A DNA stretch of 64,000 bases from a bacterium (GTDB lineage Bacteria; Zhuqueibacterota; Zhuqueibacteria; Residuimicrobiales; Krinioviventaceae). The DNA lies in contig OY843751.1 of assembly GCA_963693055.1 (NCBI GenBank), forward strand, positions 640,001 through 704,000, given 5' to 3'. The notes under the pieces are model-generated. The model saw nothing but the letters and a program-made list of their open reading frames with translations, made no database searches and was not told the origin of the DNA. The translations under genes and the position numbers were made by a program. Shown one piece after another: positions 46,798 to 57,062 of the stretch; the stretch's first letter is position 1; every line of letters begins with the position of its first letter.

Positions 46798-48903
46798 TCA
46801 ATTCTGATCTACTTTGAAGCGTATTTTAAACGCAGCCCCGTTTTGGTTTTGAACGGTCATTTTTCCGTCAAGCTGTTGAGATAGCATGTGCATTAATTGT
46901 AGTCCAAGAGTATTGCTGTTTTCAATGTTGAAATCTTCAGGCAGACCTCTGCCATTGTCCTGAACAATCAATTCATAAGTCGAGGCGCTATCGGCTTGAA
47001 AAGAAATGTTGACCTTGCCATTGTTCGAGTTTAGAAACGCGTGTTTATAAATATTTGTAAGCAATTCGTTTAATACCAAACCACAGGGAATTGCGTGGTT
47101 GACATCGAGCTGTACATCTTTAACATCCATGTTGAGTTCTATGTCTTTTTCAGGTGCCAGGGTATGTTTAAGGTTAATGGCCAGGGTTTCTATATATTTT
47201 TTCATATCAACTTTTGAAAAGTCATCAGATCTGTACAAATGCTCATGAACAAGAGCCATTGAAAAAATACGGTTTCGACTTTCGTTAAAAGCTTCAAAGG
47301 CCTGTTCTTTGTCTATAATGGTTCGGGCCTGAAGATTGAGCAGACTGGTAATTATTGTGAGATTGTTCTTTACCCGATGGTGGATCTCTTTTAATAAAAC
47401 TTCTTTAACTTTCAAGTCGTCTTGTATTTGAATTTCAGCCAATTTATGTTCTGTAATGTCCTGGTGGGTGCCGGAACGTTTTATTTCTATACCATTTTCA
47501 TCATATGTACTGACCCAGTGATCATGAATATAGCAGATTTTGCCATCAGGGTGTATAATTCTGAATTCTAAAAGCGTTTCATTGTTGCCGTTTTGTGCTT
47601 TTTCTCTTGCTTTGGTCAAGATATGTAAATCATCTGGATGTAAAAGTGAAATCACAAGTTCAGAAGTTATGGTGGTGCCGGGATCTACTCCCCAAATTAG
47701 ATAACTTTCATCTGACCAGTATAAAGTTTGGGTCTTTAAATTTTCATGGAAATTCCCAATCTTTGCCATGTGCTGTGCTTCTAACAATTCATTCTGTTTT
47801 TGCAGAATCAAGGCCTCTGTTTTTTTTCTTTCCGAAACATCATGGTAATTCATGAGGATCCCTTGAATATTGGGATCATGGATGCGATTCACGGCAGTGG
47901 ATTTGACCCATTTATATTCTCCGTTTTTACATCTATATTTTACTTCCATAGTTTTAAAGACATTTTCAACCTTTGTAAGTTCATTAAAAATAGTATTAGC
48001 ATATTCTAATGAATCCGGATGCAAAAGTTCCCACGTGTTGCGACCAATCAGTTCTTTGGGTTTCCAGCCAAACCATTTTTCAAGATTACTGCTCTTGTAT
48101 TTAATAATTCCATCAAGACTAATAATTGCAATGACATCAGAAATGTTTTCCAACATGGCTTTCTGTTTGGCTTCGTTGGTTTCCAATTCTTGTTGAGCAA
48201 TATCTCGTTCTCGGGAATTTTTTTGGATCTGGCCCATCATGTTATTGAAACCATGATACAATTGTGCTATTTCGTCAGCGCCATTGCATTCCACACGTTT
48301 CGAGTAATCCTGTGTGCTTGAAATATTGTTGATTACCTGAGCAAGATCCAGAATGGGCTGAGACAGTGTTCTTTGAAAACGATTTGCCAGGAAAAATGAG
48401 ACAATTAGCATGGTAAGAAAAACCAAAATCATTGTTAATTTGTAATCAGATAATTGGTCCTCCATTTTTAATACGGATGCTTTAACAAAAATATAACCAT
48501 AAAGTTTATTATTATAATTTATGGGTTGTATGATATACAAATAATCACCTTCAAATGTACCGTTTATCTCCAGGTTGGGTCTTGGAAGACTATCCTGGGT
48601 TGAGGATTTGCTGACCATCGCAAAGATTTCATCATTACTATCGTACAACCAGCATTCATTAACCTGTTCAATTGTAAATATTTTAGATAAAAGTTTGTGA
48701 GCTCCATTGCGATCATCAAATGACAGGGGAGAAACACATATCTCGCCAACAAGTTTTGTCCCGGTTAATACTTCATTGGTGAGATTAGTTTTTTCTTCAT
48801 TAATTTCAAAAGTAAGTATTGCCACCAAACCGGATGTGGCAACGAGTAATACTATTATAATAACAATGAGGATGAGTTTATATTTTATTGATATACTTTT
48901 CAT
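46798..48903 (-). CDS. Sensor histidine kinase (TM, YfiN/CHASE8-like periplasmic domain, TM, HAMP, two PAS, HisKA_2, HATPase)
   Basis: PLSFDD..A..LL periplasmic motif, HAMP DEIAQLYHGFNNM, two LHPD PAS domains, EIHHRVKNNL and DNGRGLP. Confidence 0.9.
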   Translation of the reverse strand: MKSISIKYKLILIVIIIVLLVATSGLVAILTFEINEEKTNLTNEVLTGTKLVGEICVSPLSFDDRNGAHKLLSKIFTIEQVNECWLYDSNDEIFAMVSKSSTQDSLPRPNLEINGTFEGDYLYIIQPINYNNKLYGYIFVKASVLKMEDQLSDYKLTMILVFLTMLIVSFFLANRFQRTLSQPILDLAQVINNISSTQDYSKRVECNGADEIAQLYHGFNNMMGQIQKNSRERDIAQQELETNEAKQKAMLENISDVIAIISLDGIIKYKSSNLEKWFGWKPKELIGRNTWELLHPDSLEYANTIFNELTKVENVFKTMEVKYRCKNGEYKWVKSTAVNRIHDPNIQGILMNYHDVSERKKTEALILQKQNELLEAQHMAKIGNFHENLKTQTLYWSDESYLIWGVDPGTTITSELVISLLHPDDLHILTKAREKAQNGNNETLLEFRIIHPDGKICYIHDHWVSTYDENGIEIKRSGTHQDITEHKLAEIQIQDDLKVKEVLLKEIHHRVKNNLTIITSLLNLQARTIIDKEQAFEAFNESRNRIFSMALVHEHLYRSDDFSKVDMKKYIETLAINLKHTLAPEKDIELNMDVKDVQLDVNHAIPCGLVLNELLTNIYKHAFLNSNNGKVNISFQADSASTYELIVQDNGRGLPEDFNIENSNTLGLQLMHMLSQQLDGKMTVQNQNGAAFKIRFKVDQN

Positions 48904-48914
48904 GTTCTATATTC

Positions 48915-49484
48915 TTAATCATTAATAACTGTACCAGCTGCCTGAAGTAATAAATAACTCATTGACAAGTTAGATTGTTTAACTGTTGAATTGTTGATTG
49001 AAAAGCGTATTGAACCTTCGTTTATAAAAAAGTTAATGTGAACTCCTTTTTCAATACATGTTTTGCAATCACTTATTGTTAATATGGGTTTGTTTTTGGT
49101 GAAATTTAAAATGTTTATTAAATCCTGATCTGTTTTTGGAGATACAAGAAGAATATGGGTAGTTTGTAAATCCGTATGTGATTTAAAATACTTGAACGAT
49201 ATTTTTTTGTCTTTAATTTTGACTTTTTGTTCAGTGTACAATTGTTGAATATTGGAATTTAATTGATTATTACCAATAACACCAATTATAAATTCCTGGC
49301 TATTTAATGTCGAATCCTGTGGCCATTCAATAAACTGTGTAAAGCGTTCAACAAAGGCAGCTTTAACAATATAGCTTTGTGTCTGTCCAAATGCAATGGA
49401 TGATGATATGAAACCAACCACTAGTAAATAGAGAATGGTACTTTTTATTTTTTTAAAAATATAATGTAACTTTATGATAAACAT
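48915..49484 (-). CDS. yfiR: YfiR/HmsC-family (DUF4154) periplasmic protein
   Basis: YIVKAAFVERFTQFIEWP, FIIGVIG, PILTISD, GVHINF..IRFSIN and LSMSYLLL. Confidence 0.85.
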   Translation of the reverse strand: MFIIKLHYIFKKIKSTILYLLVVGFISSSIAFGQTQSYIVKAAFVERFTQFIEWPQDSTLNSQEFIIGVIGNNQLNSNIQQLYTEQKVKIKDKKISFKYFKSHTDLQTTHILLVSPKTDQDLINILNFTKNKPILTISDCKTCIEKGVHINFFINEGSIRFSINNSTVKQSNLSMSYLLLQAAGTVIND

Positions 49485-49500
49485 TCACTATACCATTTTA

Positions 49501-51654
49501 TTAAAATTTTCTACCCAATGTTAACATGAATTCTCGTCCGTAACCCAAAGTGCCTTTATCTGCCCATCGATTATTAGTAAATGTTGGATATCTGATTTCT
49601 GAATCAAGCAGGTTATAAATATTCATATTTATAAAATATCCTTTATTAAACAGATCGTTATATCTGAAATTAATGCTGGTTAGAAAATAACCATCCGTTT
49701 TTTGTCCAATCCTTCCTATAGGAGTTTGATCGGGTTTGTGAATGTCAGGTTCTGTGTCCCAATATGTTTCCATGCTGCTGACATATTGGCCCAAAATTGA
49801 AGCTGATATCTGGTTGTTAATTCTATATCTGGCCTTGAGGTAGCCCAGCTTTTGTGGAGAATAGGCAACTTTGATATCATTAAATTCTGCCCTCTCATCA
49901 GATGTGTTTTGTAAAGAACCGCTTGTTTGAATGTAAAAATTGTTATAGATATCCAATGTGATCAATAATTCCATCCCATTTGTAATCATTCTACCCGCAT
50001 TTGAAAAATAGGATTGGTAATAATTTGTGTTTTCATCAAGCTCTGTTACTCGTGTAATAAGATTGTCTAGTTTATTGTGAAAAATGCTAAAGCTTGTTGT
50101 CAGATTTGAATTCAGGACAGATTGATAATTGAACTCTATTGTCTCAATTTTTTCGGGTTGTAATATGTCACTTTCTGCGCGTAGCTGTAAATAATCCTGA
50201 AAAAAAGAGGGTCGGTTTATCGCTTTGCCGAATAAGAGTTTCAGTATATGCCTGTTATACAAATTATAGATAGCAGCAATACGAGGGATAAATTCAATAT
50301 TTTCGCGATCTATCGTGCTCGAAAGTTGTTTATGCATCGTTGTTTGGTTATTTATATCTGCCAGTATTTCGTATTTTAGAGTTTTTTCAAGTCGTAAACC
50401 TGTAATAAACATGAGATTATGTGTTGGTTTATATTCAATTTGCGAAAATGCAGCCAGTAAGGTAATTCCTTCATCTTTAGGGATTGTAGTTAATGTGCGT
50501 TCAAACGAGGGTGTGTTAAATGAGGGTATATCATACAGGTTGTAAGCATCCAGAATACTTTTAAACAAAGTCCCGGAAGTTATATTTATTTTATTGTTCG
50601 GTTTGTAAAACATGTCTATTGTAAAATCCCACGCATTACTCTCCAACTGTTGTAAACCATAAAAGTTGCCATCAAAAAAGCTATATTTAAACCAGGCTCT
50701 ATCCTTGAAATAAGATAACTTGAAATCTAAATTTAATTTTTCAGTTAAATGGCTTTTATAACCTGTTGTAATATTGTAGTCAATGTACGAGTTTAAATTT
50801 CCTTCGCCATAAGCCGGAATATTATATTGCATACCTTGTTCTGTTTCGACCAAAACCAGATTATAATATATATTGTTTGTTGTACCACTGATGTCCAGAT
50901 ATTTATTATTTACCTGCATTTTACCACCCGTCGTATAATCGGATTTTATACCCCAATTTTGAAGTGGCTTTGTATTAGATACAAGTTGATCAATGTGTTG
51001 ATCAATTCCATCGGTGTGAAAACTCGCCGCATTAATAGAGAGTAAGCTGGTCTCTGTTTTGTTATTAACGCTTGCAAAAAAATTATGTGTGTTTGAGGTC
51101 CCTAAACTGGTTGCTGAATAAAAATGTGGATCTGTTTCTCCATTTGTGATAATGTTAATTGCTCCAAAAAAGGCGCCGCTGCCATAGATTACAGACATGG
51201 GTCCCCGAACCACTTCAATCCTGTCTATTGCTTCAACCGGAACCGGAATTTCAGGCAATGGATGGTTTGAAGCAACATTCTTGGTTTGAGGAATGTTGTT
51301 CACGAGTATTATCAAATTGTCGTTAGCAACACCGGACCAAAAGCCGCGAACTCCAAATTTTACACCATCGTATGAATAATCATTTATCATATAGAGGCCG
51401 GTAATGTTTTGTAAAATTTCACTCAGGCTTGTATATCCAAACGATTCAATTTCCTGACGTGTCAAAATGATAGTGCTTGCAGGGATTTCACTTATAGCCT
51501 GGGGTGTTTTGCCTGCGGTGGTAACTTTGACAGACAACAGTTCTTCAAGTGACATGTTGAATATTTGATCTATTTGTTGCGAGTTTGAATCTGAAGCGAA
51601 TAGTATTTCAGCAAATATAAATATGAATATTATCGATATTTTAATTGGATACAT
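49501..51654 (-). CDS. TonB-dependent receptor
   Basis: Signal peptide, NMSLEELLSVKVTTAGK, plug IDRIEVVRGPMSVIYGSGAFFGAINIIT, NLLD and terminal GREFMLTLGRKF. Confidence 0.92.
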   Translation of the reverse strand: MYPIKISIIFIFIFAEILFASDSNSQQIDQIFNMSLEELLSVKVTTAGKTPQAISEIPASTIILTRQEIESFGYTSLSEILQNITGLYMINDYSYDGVKFGVRGFWSGVANDNLIILVNNIPQTKNVASNHPLPEIPVPVEAIDRIEVVRGPMSVIYGSGAFFGAINIITNGETDPHFYSATSLGTSNTHNFFASVNNKTETSLLSINAASFHTDGIDQHIDQLVSNTKPLQNWGIKSDYTTGGKMQVNNKYLDISGTTNNIYYNLVLVETEQGMQYNIPAYGEGNLNSYIDYNITTGYKSHLTEKLNLDFKLSYFKDRAWFKYSFFDGNFYGLQQLESNAWDFTIDMFYKPNNKINITSGTLFKSILDAYNLYDIPSFNTPSFERTLTTIPKDEGITLLAAFSQIEYKPTHNLMFITGLRLEKTLKYEILADINNQTTMHKQLSSTIDRENIEFIPRIAAIYNLYNRHILKLLFGKAINRPSFFQDYLQLRAESDILQPEKIETIEFNYQSVLNSNLTTSFSIFHNKLDNLITRVTELDENTNYYQSYFSNAGRMITNGMELLITLDIYNNFYIQTSGSLQNTSDERAEFNDIKVAYSPQKLGYLKARYRINNQISASILGQYVSSMETYWDTEPDIHKPDQTPIGRIGQKTDGYFLTSINFRYNDLFNKGYFINMNIYNLLDSEIRYPTFTNNRWADKGTLGYGREFMLTLGRKF

Positions 51655-51899
51655 GGGTGCCTCTACTGCAATACTTCTGTACAGATTAATAAAAAATATT
51701 ACAATTTATATGCCATTATTTACAGTTTAGTTAAAGTTGGTGTATAAAATTGTAATAGTTGGTTATAATCAGAAAACGTTAAAAGGCTTGATCTAAATTC
51801 CCCTTGTTGTAATATTTTATTTTAATTATATTTTATTTTAACCTGGGGCATTGACGTTCTGAATGGTCCGAGTGTTTCATAATTTATTTGGGGATGTAA

Positions 51900-54800
51900 A
51901 TGAATCAGTTTACTAGAATTATGATTTTTCTTTTTGTGGTAACCAGTGCTGCAAGTGCTTTACCCCTGCGATATGGATTTGTACTGTCAGATGAGGCAAC
52001 CGTTTATGCAGATTCCAGTTTAGATGCGGAGGTGCTTGAAACATTGCAGATGACAGACTATCGATATGTTGCCGGTGAAGCAGTTGATGATGAATACAAT
52101 TTTAATTTCAATGGTTGGGCCAAAATCTTAACCGCAGATAGTACCTGGGGGTGGATTGATTATCAAAATTTATTGATTTCCAGCATGTTGTCAGTTTTTG
52201 TTGCCAAAGATCAACCACTTTATGACCAATATGGCCCTGGCGCTGTGCCAATAGATTCAGTCTATTTAGATATGCAAATACAGATTTATGATGGTTTAGT
52301 AATTAATAATGAGTATTGGTTCAAAGTTAAATACTATAATAAAATGTACTGGTACAAATCAAAAGATTCAGTGCAGAATTATAACTTTTGGGGACACATG
52401 TTTGCTGCATGTGAGTATCTGTTATATGGACACAGCTCATCCGCACGAGAAGGATTTCTCGAACATCCGGATATTCGATATTGGTATGATGAGGCAGAAC
52501 AATTTGCATTGCAATTAAAATCTATGGTTGATCCATATGCTGGTGTCTTTATTTTGCCTATTAACGAAACTGAATCATGTTGGGTTGAATATGGTGCGGG
52601 AGCATTGTTAAATTATCAACTTGCAAGAATTTATAAAACAGAAGAACGCTGGCAAGATGCAATAAACATTCTTGAAGAATCGGTTTTAAAATATCCCCAC
52701 CAACAAATTGTATATTATAAAGCTGGACCAAGTGCGTGTCTGGATATGGCACGTATTTACAGAGACAAGTTGGATGATGAAGAGAAGGCACTTGAAAAAT
52801 GTCACTTTGTTATTCAAGAATATCATCAATGCAAAATGCAGGGACGGGAGGGTTATTATTATGCAGATGTGGCTGCTGCGGATTACATATATGATTTAAT
52901 TTATATGAAATCACCCGAGTATATTCAGGAACAAATAAATCAGATCGCCCGGGAAACCTTTAACCCTTCTGTGAGAATGATTGCACGCAAACTTGCCGTA
53001 TTGAAATATGCCATGGAAGGGAAATTAAGATCAGTTGGTAATGTTGCATATAATGCGGTTTTAGATTATCCTGATGAGCGAATACATTTGTATATAAAAG
53101 ATCAGCGTAATATTTCATCCGAAGTTGTCGAGTTAATGTTTTCTATATATCAAGACAGTCTAATGTATGATGAGTGTATTTATTGGGCGGATAAAATTAT
53201 TAAAGAAGCCTCTCATTATCCGGTAGCAGGTTTTTGTGCATTCAAGAAAGCAGAACTTTTGGATTATTTCAATCCTGATATAAAATATGTCAAAGATCTT
53301 TATAAAGCTGCTGTTGATAGTTTCCCAGAATTTTGGTTTACAAGTATGGTTTCAGATGTAGGTTATAATATTTATATGCCAAATTTGCGTTATAATGTAT
53401 TAAATGAATATGTGGATGTGAATGTAACTGCAACTGTACTGCTTGATAGTACGCTTGTCTATCAGATTCCCTATGATTCTACCACAGTGATGGGTGTTTT
53501 CTCAAAAGATGATGTCGTTACGCGTTTGTCTACTGATCTGCAAATGATTGATTATCATGATCATATTTATGTACGAAACCAGGAGCATGCTAAAATTTTA
53601 TTGCCAGACTCTACCGTTGGTTGGGTGCTCTCCCGCAATCTGTTTGTAGAAAACTTGGAATATAGTATGACTGACCGCAATGCAAAAACCTGGCGTATGA
53701 GCAAAGGCGATTCAGAGAACAATCTCTATTTTTCAGGACCGGATATTATAGATCCCGTGATTTCCGGTAATGTTTTTAATCAGTCCTTTTCTGATATTCG
53801 GTTTTATGATATGAATGATGATGGTGTGCTGGATTTTGTCTTTCAAGGCGTAAACGATACAGTTATTACAATCATTAACGGAACAACCCACAAGTCGATT
53901 AGTACAATTAGGTCAAATGTAAGGGAATCTTTTCCAGTTGTTGCGAATGAAAGAATAATTTATAAACGAGCAGAATATAACAGGAATACCGGAGAGTATG
54001 ATTATAATTTAAAATGTAGCGGAATCTATGAACGAAAGGAGCCCTGGGAGCTGGAATGCCTGGAGCTAGGCGCGCCTGTGGTGAAAGATAGCAGTATATA
54101 CTATATTTCCGCAGACAGTTCAATCGCTTGCGCCAATACGTCAAACGGTACTATTTTATGGCGATTTGAAAATTCTGGGGATACTCCGGTTGCTTTGGCG
54201 GTGAACAACAAGGCGTTGGTCATATCGAATAAGCGTTCTATTCAAGCGATAAATCCCAAAACAGGTGAAAAAATATGGAGCAAGAATACCAGTGAAAGCC
54301 TGGATGAACAAATTCCTGTTTTGGATAATGACAATTTATATTGTATGATCGATAAAAAGACATTTGCTGCCATTGATCTTGAAAATGGAGAACTAGAATG
54401 GACTTCGAGTAATGGTAATTCCAGTTACTTTAATTTTCAACCTATTGTTACGCCGGATTATATAGTATACATGCAATACAAAGACGCTTATATCGTATTG
54501 GACAAGTATACCGGCAAACGCATCTATTCAAATTTGTTTGACAAAATTGTTGATTCGTATTGTGTGGGCGGAAATACGATATATGTCCAGTTCAAAAGTA
54601 AAAATGATTTTTACGATCCAAATTTTGAACCCAATCTATATGCCTTTAATCTGACTACTGGTAAAGAACAATGGCGCAGATATTTCAGTAATGACGCGCA
54701 TATTGTTTATCAGGCGGGCAAGCTGTTTATCTCGGGTGAGAGCGGGGTTGTGATTGTTGAAGATGGTGAAACGCTGAAAGCCCCAGCGGACAAAGGATTC

Positions 54801-55070
54801 ACATTGTACCCCAATTATCCCAATCCTTTTAATATGCGCACGGTTATTCAATATGTGCTGTACAAAGACAGCCAGGTTAATGTGGATGTATTTAATATAC
54901 TGGGGCAAAAAGTAGCTTCGATTGTAGATGAAAAACAGCTCAAAGGGGTGTATCAAGCCTCCTGGAACGGGCGTACGGAGACAGGCCAACCGGTGAGCAG
55001 CGGTGTATACCTGTGCCGGATAAACGTCGGGGGAGAGGTTGAAACCCGAACCATGATGTTGTTAAAATAA
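51900..55070 (+). CDS. Large secreted protein (SH3b-like repeats, TPR region, PQQ-type beta-propeller, C-terminal sorting domain)
   Basis: Signal peptide, repeated AKILxxDSTxGW, TPR-like YQLARIY/LDMARIY, TGExxW propeller repeats and NYPNPFN..SGVY..MMLLK. Confidence 0.78.
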   Translation: MNQFTRIMIFLFVVTSAASALPLRYGFVLSDEATVYADSSLDAEVLETLQMTDYRYVAGEAVDDEYNFNFNGWAKILTADSTWGWIDYQNLLISSMLSVFVAKDQPLYDQYGPGAVPIDSVYLDMQIQIYDGLVINNEYWFKVKYYNKMYWYKSKDSVQNYNFWGHMFAACEYLLYGHSSSAREGFLEHPDIRYWYDEAEQFALQLKSMVDPYAGVFILPINETESCWVEYGAGALLNYQLARIYKTEERWQDAINILEESVLKYPHQQIVYYKAGPSACLDMARIYRDKLDDEEKALEKCHFVIQEYHQCKMQGREGYYYADVAAADYIYDLIYMKSPEYIQEQINQIARETFNPSVRMIARKLAVLKYAMEGKLRSVGNVAYNAVLDYPDERIHLYIKDQRNISSEVVELMFSIYQDSLMYDECIYWADKIIKEASHYPVAGFCAFKKAELLDYFNPDIKYVKDLYKAAVDSFPEFWFTSMVSDVGYNIYMPNLRYNVLNEYVDVNVTATVLLDSTLVYQIPYDSTTVMGVFSKDDVVTRLSTDLQMIDYHDHIYVRNQEHAKILLPDSTVGWVLSRNLFVENLEYSMTDRNAKTWRMSKGDSENNLYFSGPDIIDPVISGNVFNQSFSDIRFYDMNDDGVLDFVFQGVNDTVITIINGTTHKSISTIRSNVRESFPVVANERIIYKRAEYNRNTGEYDYNLKCSGIYERKEPWELECLELGAPVVKDSSIYYISADSSIACANTSNGTILWRFENSGDTPVALAVNNKALVISNKRSIQAINPKTGEKIWSKNTSESLDEQIPVLDNDNLYCMIDKKTFAAIDLENGELEWTSSNGNSSYFNFQPIVTPDYIVYMQYKDAYIVLDKYTGKRIYSNLFDKIVDSYCVGGNTIYVQFKSKNDFYDPNFEPNLYAFNLTTGKEQWRRYFSNDAHIVYQAGKLFISGESGVVIVEDGETLKAPADKGFTLYPNYPNPFNMRTVIQYVLYKDSQVNVDVFNILGQKVASIVDEKQLKGVYQASWNGRTETGQPVSSGVYLCRINVGGEVETRTMMLLK

Positions 55071-55104
55071 AACGTGCAATTGCAAAGGATGGGTAAAGGA
55101 TTTT

Positions 55105-57060
55105 ATGGGACCGTTTAAGGGGCTGTTGAAGGTTGTTTTGCTGTTGTTATTGATTTGTTGTGTTGATTCTGGTTTTGGACAATTGTTATTTCATGGCCTG
55201 GGGTATATACCTGAAACTCAACGGGTGGACTGGAGTTCTGCAGGGCTTGTTTCAAACGTGCACCGTGTAGCGGATCATGTCTTTGATGTAACACAAGAGC
55301 CCGGTGAAACACTGTATCAACAGTTTTATTCCGCATTAGACAAGGCTAGAACATATTCCGCATTACCTTTTAATGAAATGTCGGTAATCTATTTCCCTGG
55401 TGGTGAATATTTTTTAGATTTTCCTATAAATTTTTCATATGGTGACAGTAATATTGTCATTCAGGGAGACGGCGCCGGGGGAGAGAATCCAACTGTTTTA
55501 AAGTTTCAGGTAGGTAAAGATAAGAATTGTATTGTAGCCAGAGGTTATCCGGTTGGAGATGCCGTTCAACTGAATGCGGACATACCCAAGAATACCCATA
55601 TGTTATGCCTTGGCCAGGAAAGTCCCATAGGGCTTCAAAGGGATGACTGGCTAATGTTTTGGGAAGAAGCATTGCCCGAGGCTGCCGGATATTCAATTGG
55701 TCAGGTAGAGCAAGTCTGTTCAGTATCTTTAAATCAAATAAAATTAAAAGAGAGCGCTTCAAAAGACTATTCAATATCTAACAGAATTTGGGTTCAGCAA
55801 ATCAGACCGGTTAAAAATATTGGTATAGAAAATTTCAAAATTGTGCGTTTGGATGAAGAAAAATCAACAGAAAATTTATATGATAAAGGGTCTAATGTAT
55901 TTTTGCTCAATGCGGTTAATTGCTGGGTTTGCGGTGTTGAATTTGAGCAGACTTGCAGACACCACATTTTTGCTATTTACTGTTCTCATATTGAGGTCAG
56001 TGGCTGCTATTTTCACGAGTCCCGTTGCTATGGCGGCAATTCTTATGGTTATGGTGTGATTCTGGCAAACAACAGTACCCATTGTCTCGTTGAAAATAAT
56101 ATTTTTCAGAAATTGCGACATGCCATGTCTTTGTCTGTTGGGGCCAATTGTAATGTTGTAGCATTTAATTATTCTACGGATCAGTATTCTACTATGGCTT
56201 TGGGCGGGAGTGAAATCCCGTACCCTGATTCAGATATTTGTATTCACGGTCGTTATTCTTTTGCCAATTTGTACGAGTATAACCGGGTCGTGTTTATTGA
56301 AGCAGATGATGTGCATGGCAACAATGGACCGTTTAACGTGTTTTTGCGCAATATGGCGCAGTTTCAACTGGTTCTGTGCAATACTCCCGAAGCGGGGGTA
56401 ATGGGCTGCGTTATTCCATCGGTCACTCCGTATGGCTCTACCAGTTTCAGCCGCTTATGCTATGCTCAAAATTTTTGTTGCCTTGCAGATTCTGTTTGCT
56501 GGATATCTCATGGCGAGATTTTAAATGACTCCTTGGAGCATTGTGCCGTGCTTAAGGATGTGTCGTATTATTACAGTGAGCGACCTGATTTTTTTGGACC
56601 GGAATGTGATTGGCCAACCATAGGCCCGGCTGCCTATAGAGGGGGACAATGTGGGGATAACGAAATACCTGCGTACACGCGTTCTGATCAATCATGCAAA
56701 ACATTTATTGAAAATACAACAAGTGTTGAGGGATGGACTCCCTCAACTGGGATTAATGAAACGGATTATGCACAATCGAGTTCGGATTTTACGCTTCAGG
56801 ATTGCTATCCCAATCCCTTTAATATGAACACAGTAATCTCATACACGCTGCACAGGGATATGCATGTTAAAGTGGATGTATATAATGTACTGGGACAAAA
56901 AATAGTTTCGCTTGTTGATGAAAATCAAGTCAAAGGGAAGTATCAAACATTATGGGACGGCTGCACAGATACAGGCCAGCCAGTGGGCAGTGGAGTGTAC
57001 CTTTGCCGGATAGCGGTTGCGGGCGAGGTGGAAACCCGGACCATGATGTTGTTAAAGTGA
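55105..57060 (+). CDS. Secreted pectate-lyase-like beta-helix protein with a C-terminal sorting domain
   Basis: VDWSSAG, IYFPGGEY, IVIQGDG, beta-helix repeats (LVENNIF, NVVAFN) and CYPNPFN..MMLLK. Confidence 0.78.
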   Translation: MGPFKGLLKVVLLLLLICCVDSGFGQLLFHGLGYIPETQRVDWSSAGLVSNVHRVADHVFDVTQEPGETLYQQFYSALDKARTYSALPFNEMSVIYFPGGEYFLDFPINFSYGDSNIVIQGDGAGGENPTVLKFQVGKDKNCIVARGYPVGDAVQLNADIPKNTHMLCLGQESPIGLQRDDWLMFWEEALPEAAGYSIGQVEQVCSVSLNQIKLKESASKDYSISNRIWVQQIRPVKNIGIENFKIVRLDEEKSTENLYDKGSNVFLLNAVNCWVCGVEFEQTCRHHIFAIYCSHIEVSGCYFHESRCYGGNSYGYGVILANNSTHCLVENNIFQKLRHAMSLSVGANCNVVAFNYSTDQYSTMALGGSEIPYPDSDICIHGRYSFANLYEYNRVVFIEADDVHGNNGPFNVFLRNMAQFQLVLCNTPEAGVMGCVIPSVTPYGSTSFSRLCYAQNFCCLADSVCWISHGEILNDSLEHCAVLKDVSYYYSERPDFFGPECDWPTIGPAAYRGGQCGDNEIPAYTRSDQSCKTFIENTTSVEGWTPSTGINETDYAQSSSDFTLQDCYPNPFNMNTVISYTLHRDMHVKVDVYNVLGQKIVSLVDENQVKGKYQTLWDGCTDTGQPVGSGVYLCRIAVAGEVETRTMMLLK

Positions 57061-57062
57061 TG

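Noticed and set aside
54816-57060. CTD duplicate as a DGR or IS end
   Set aside because: Differences involve all bases and both copies are in-frame protein domains
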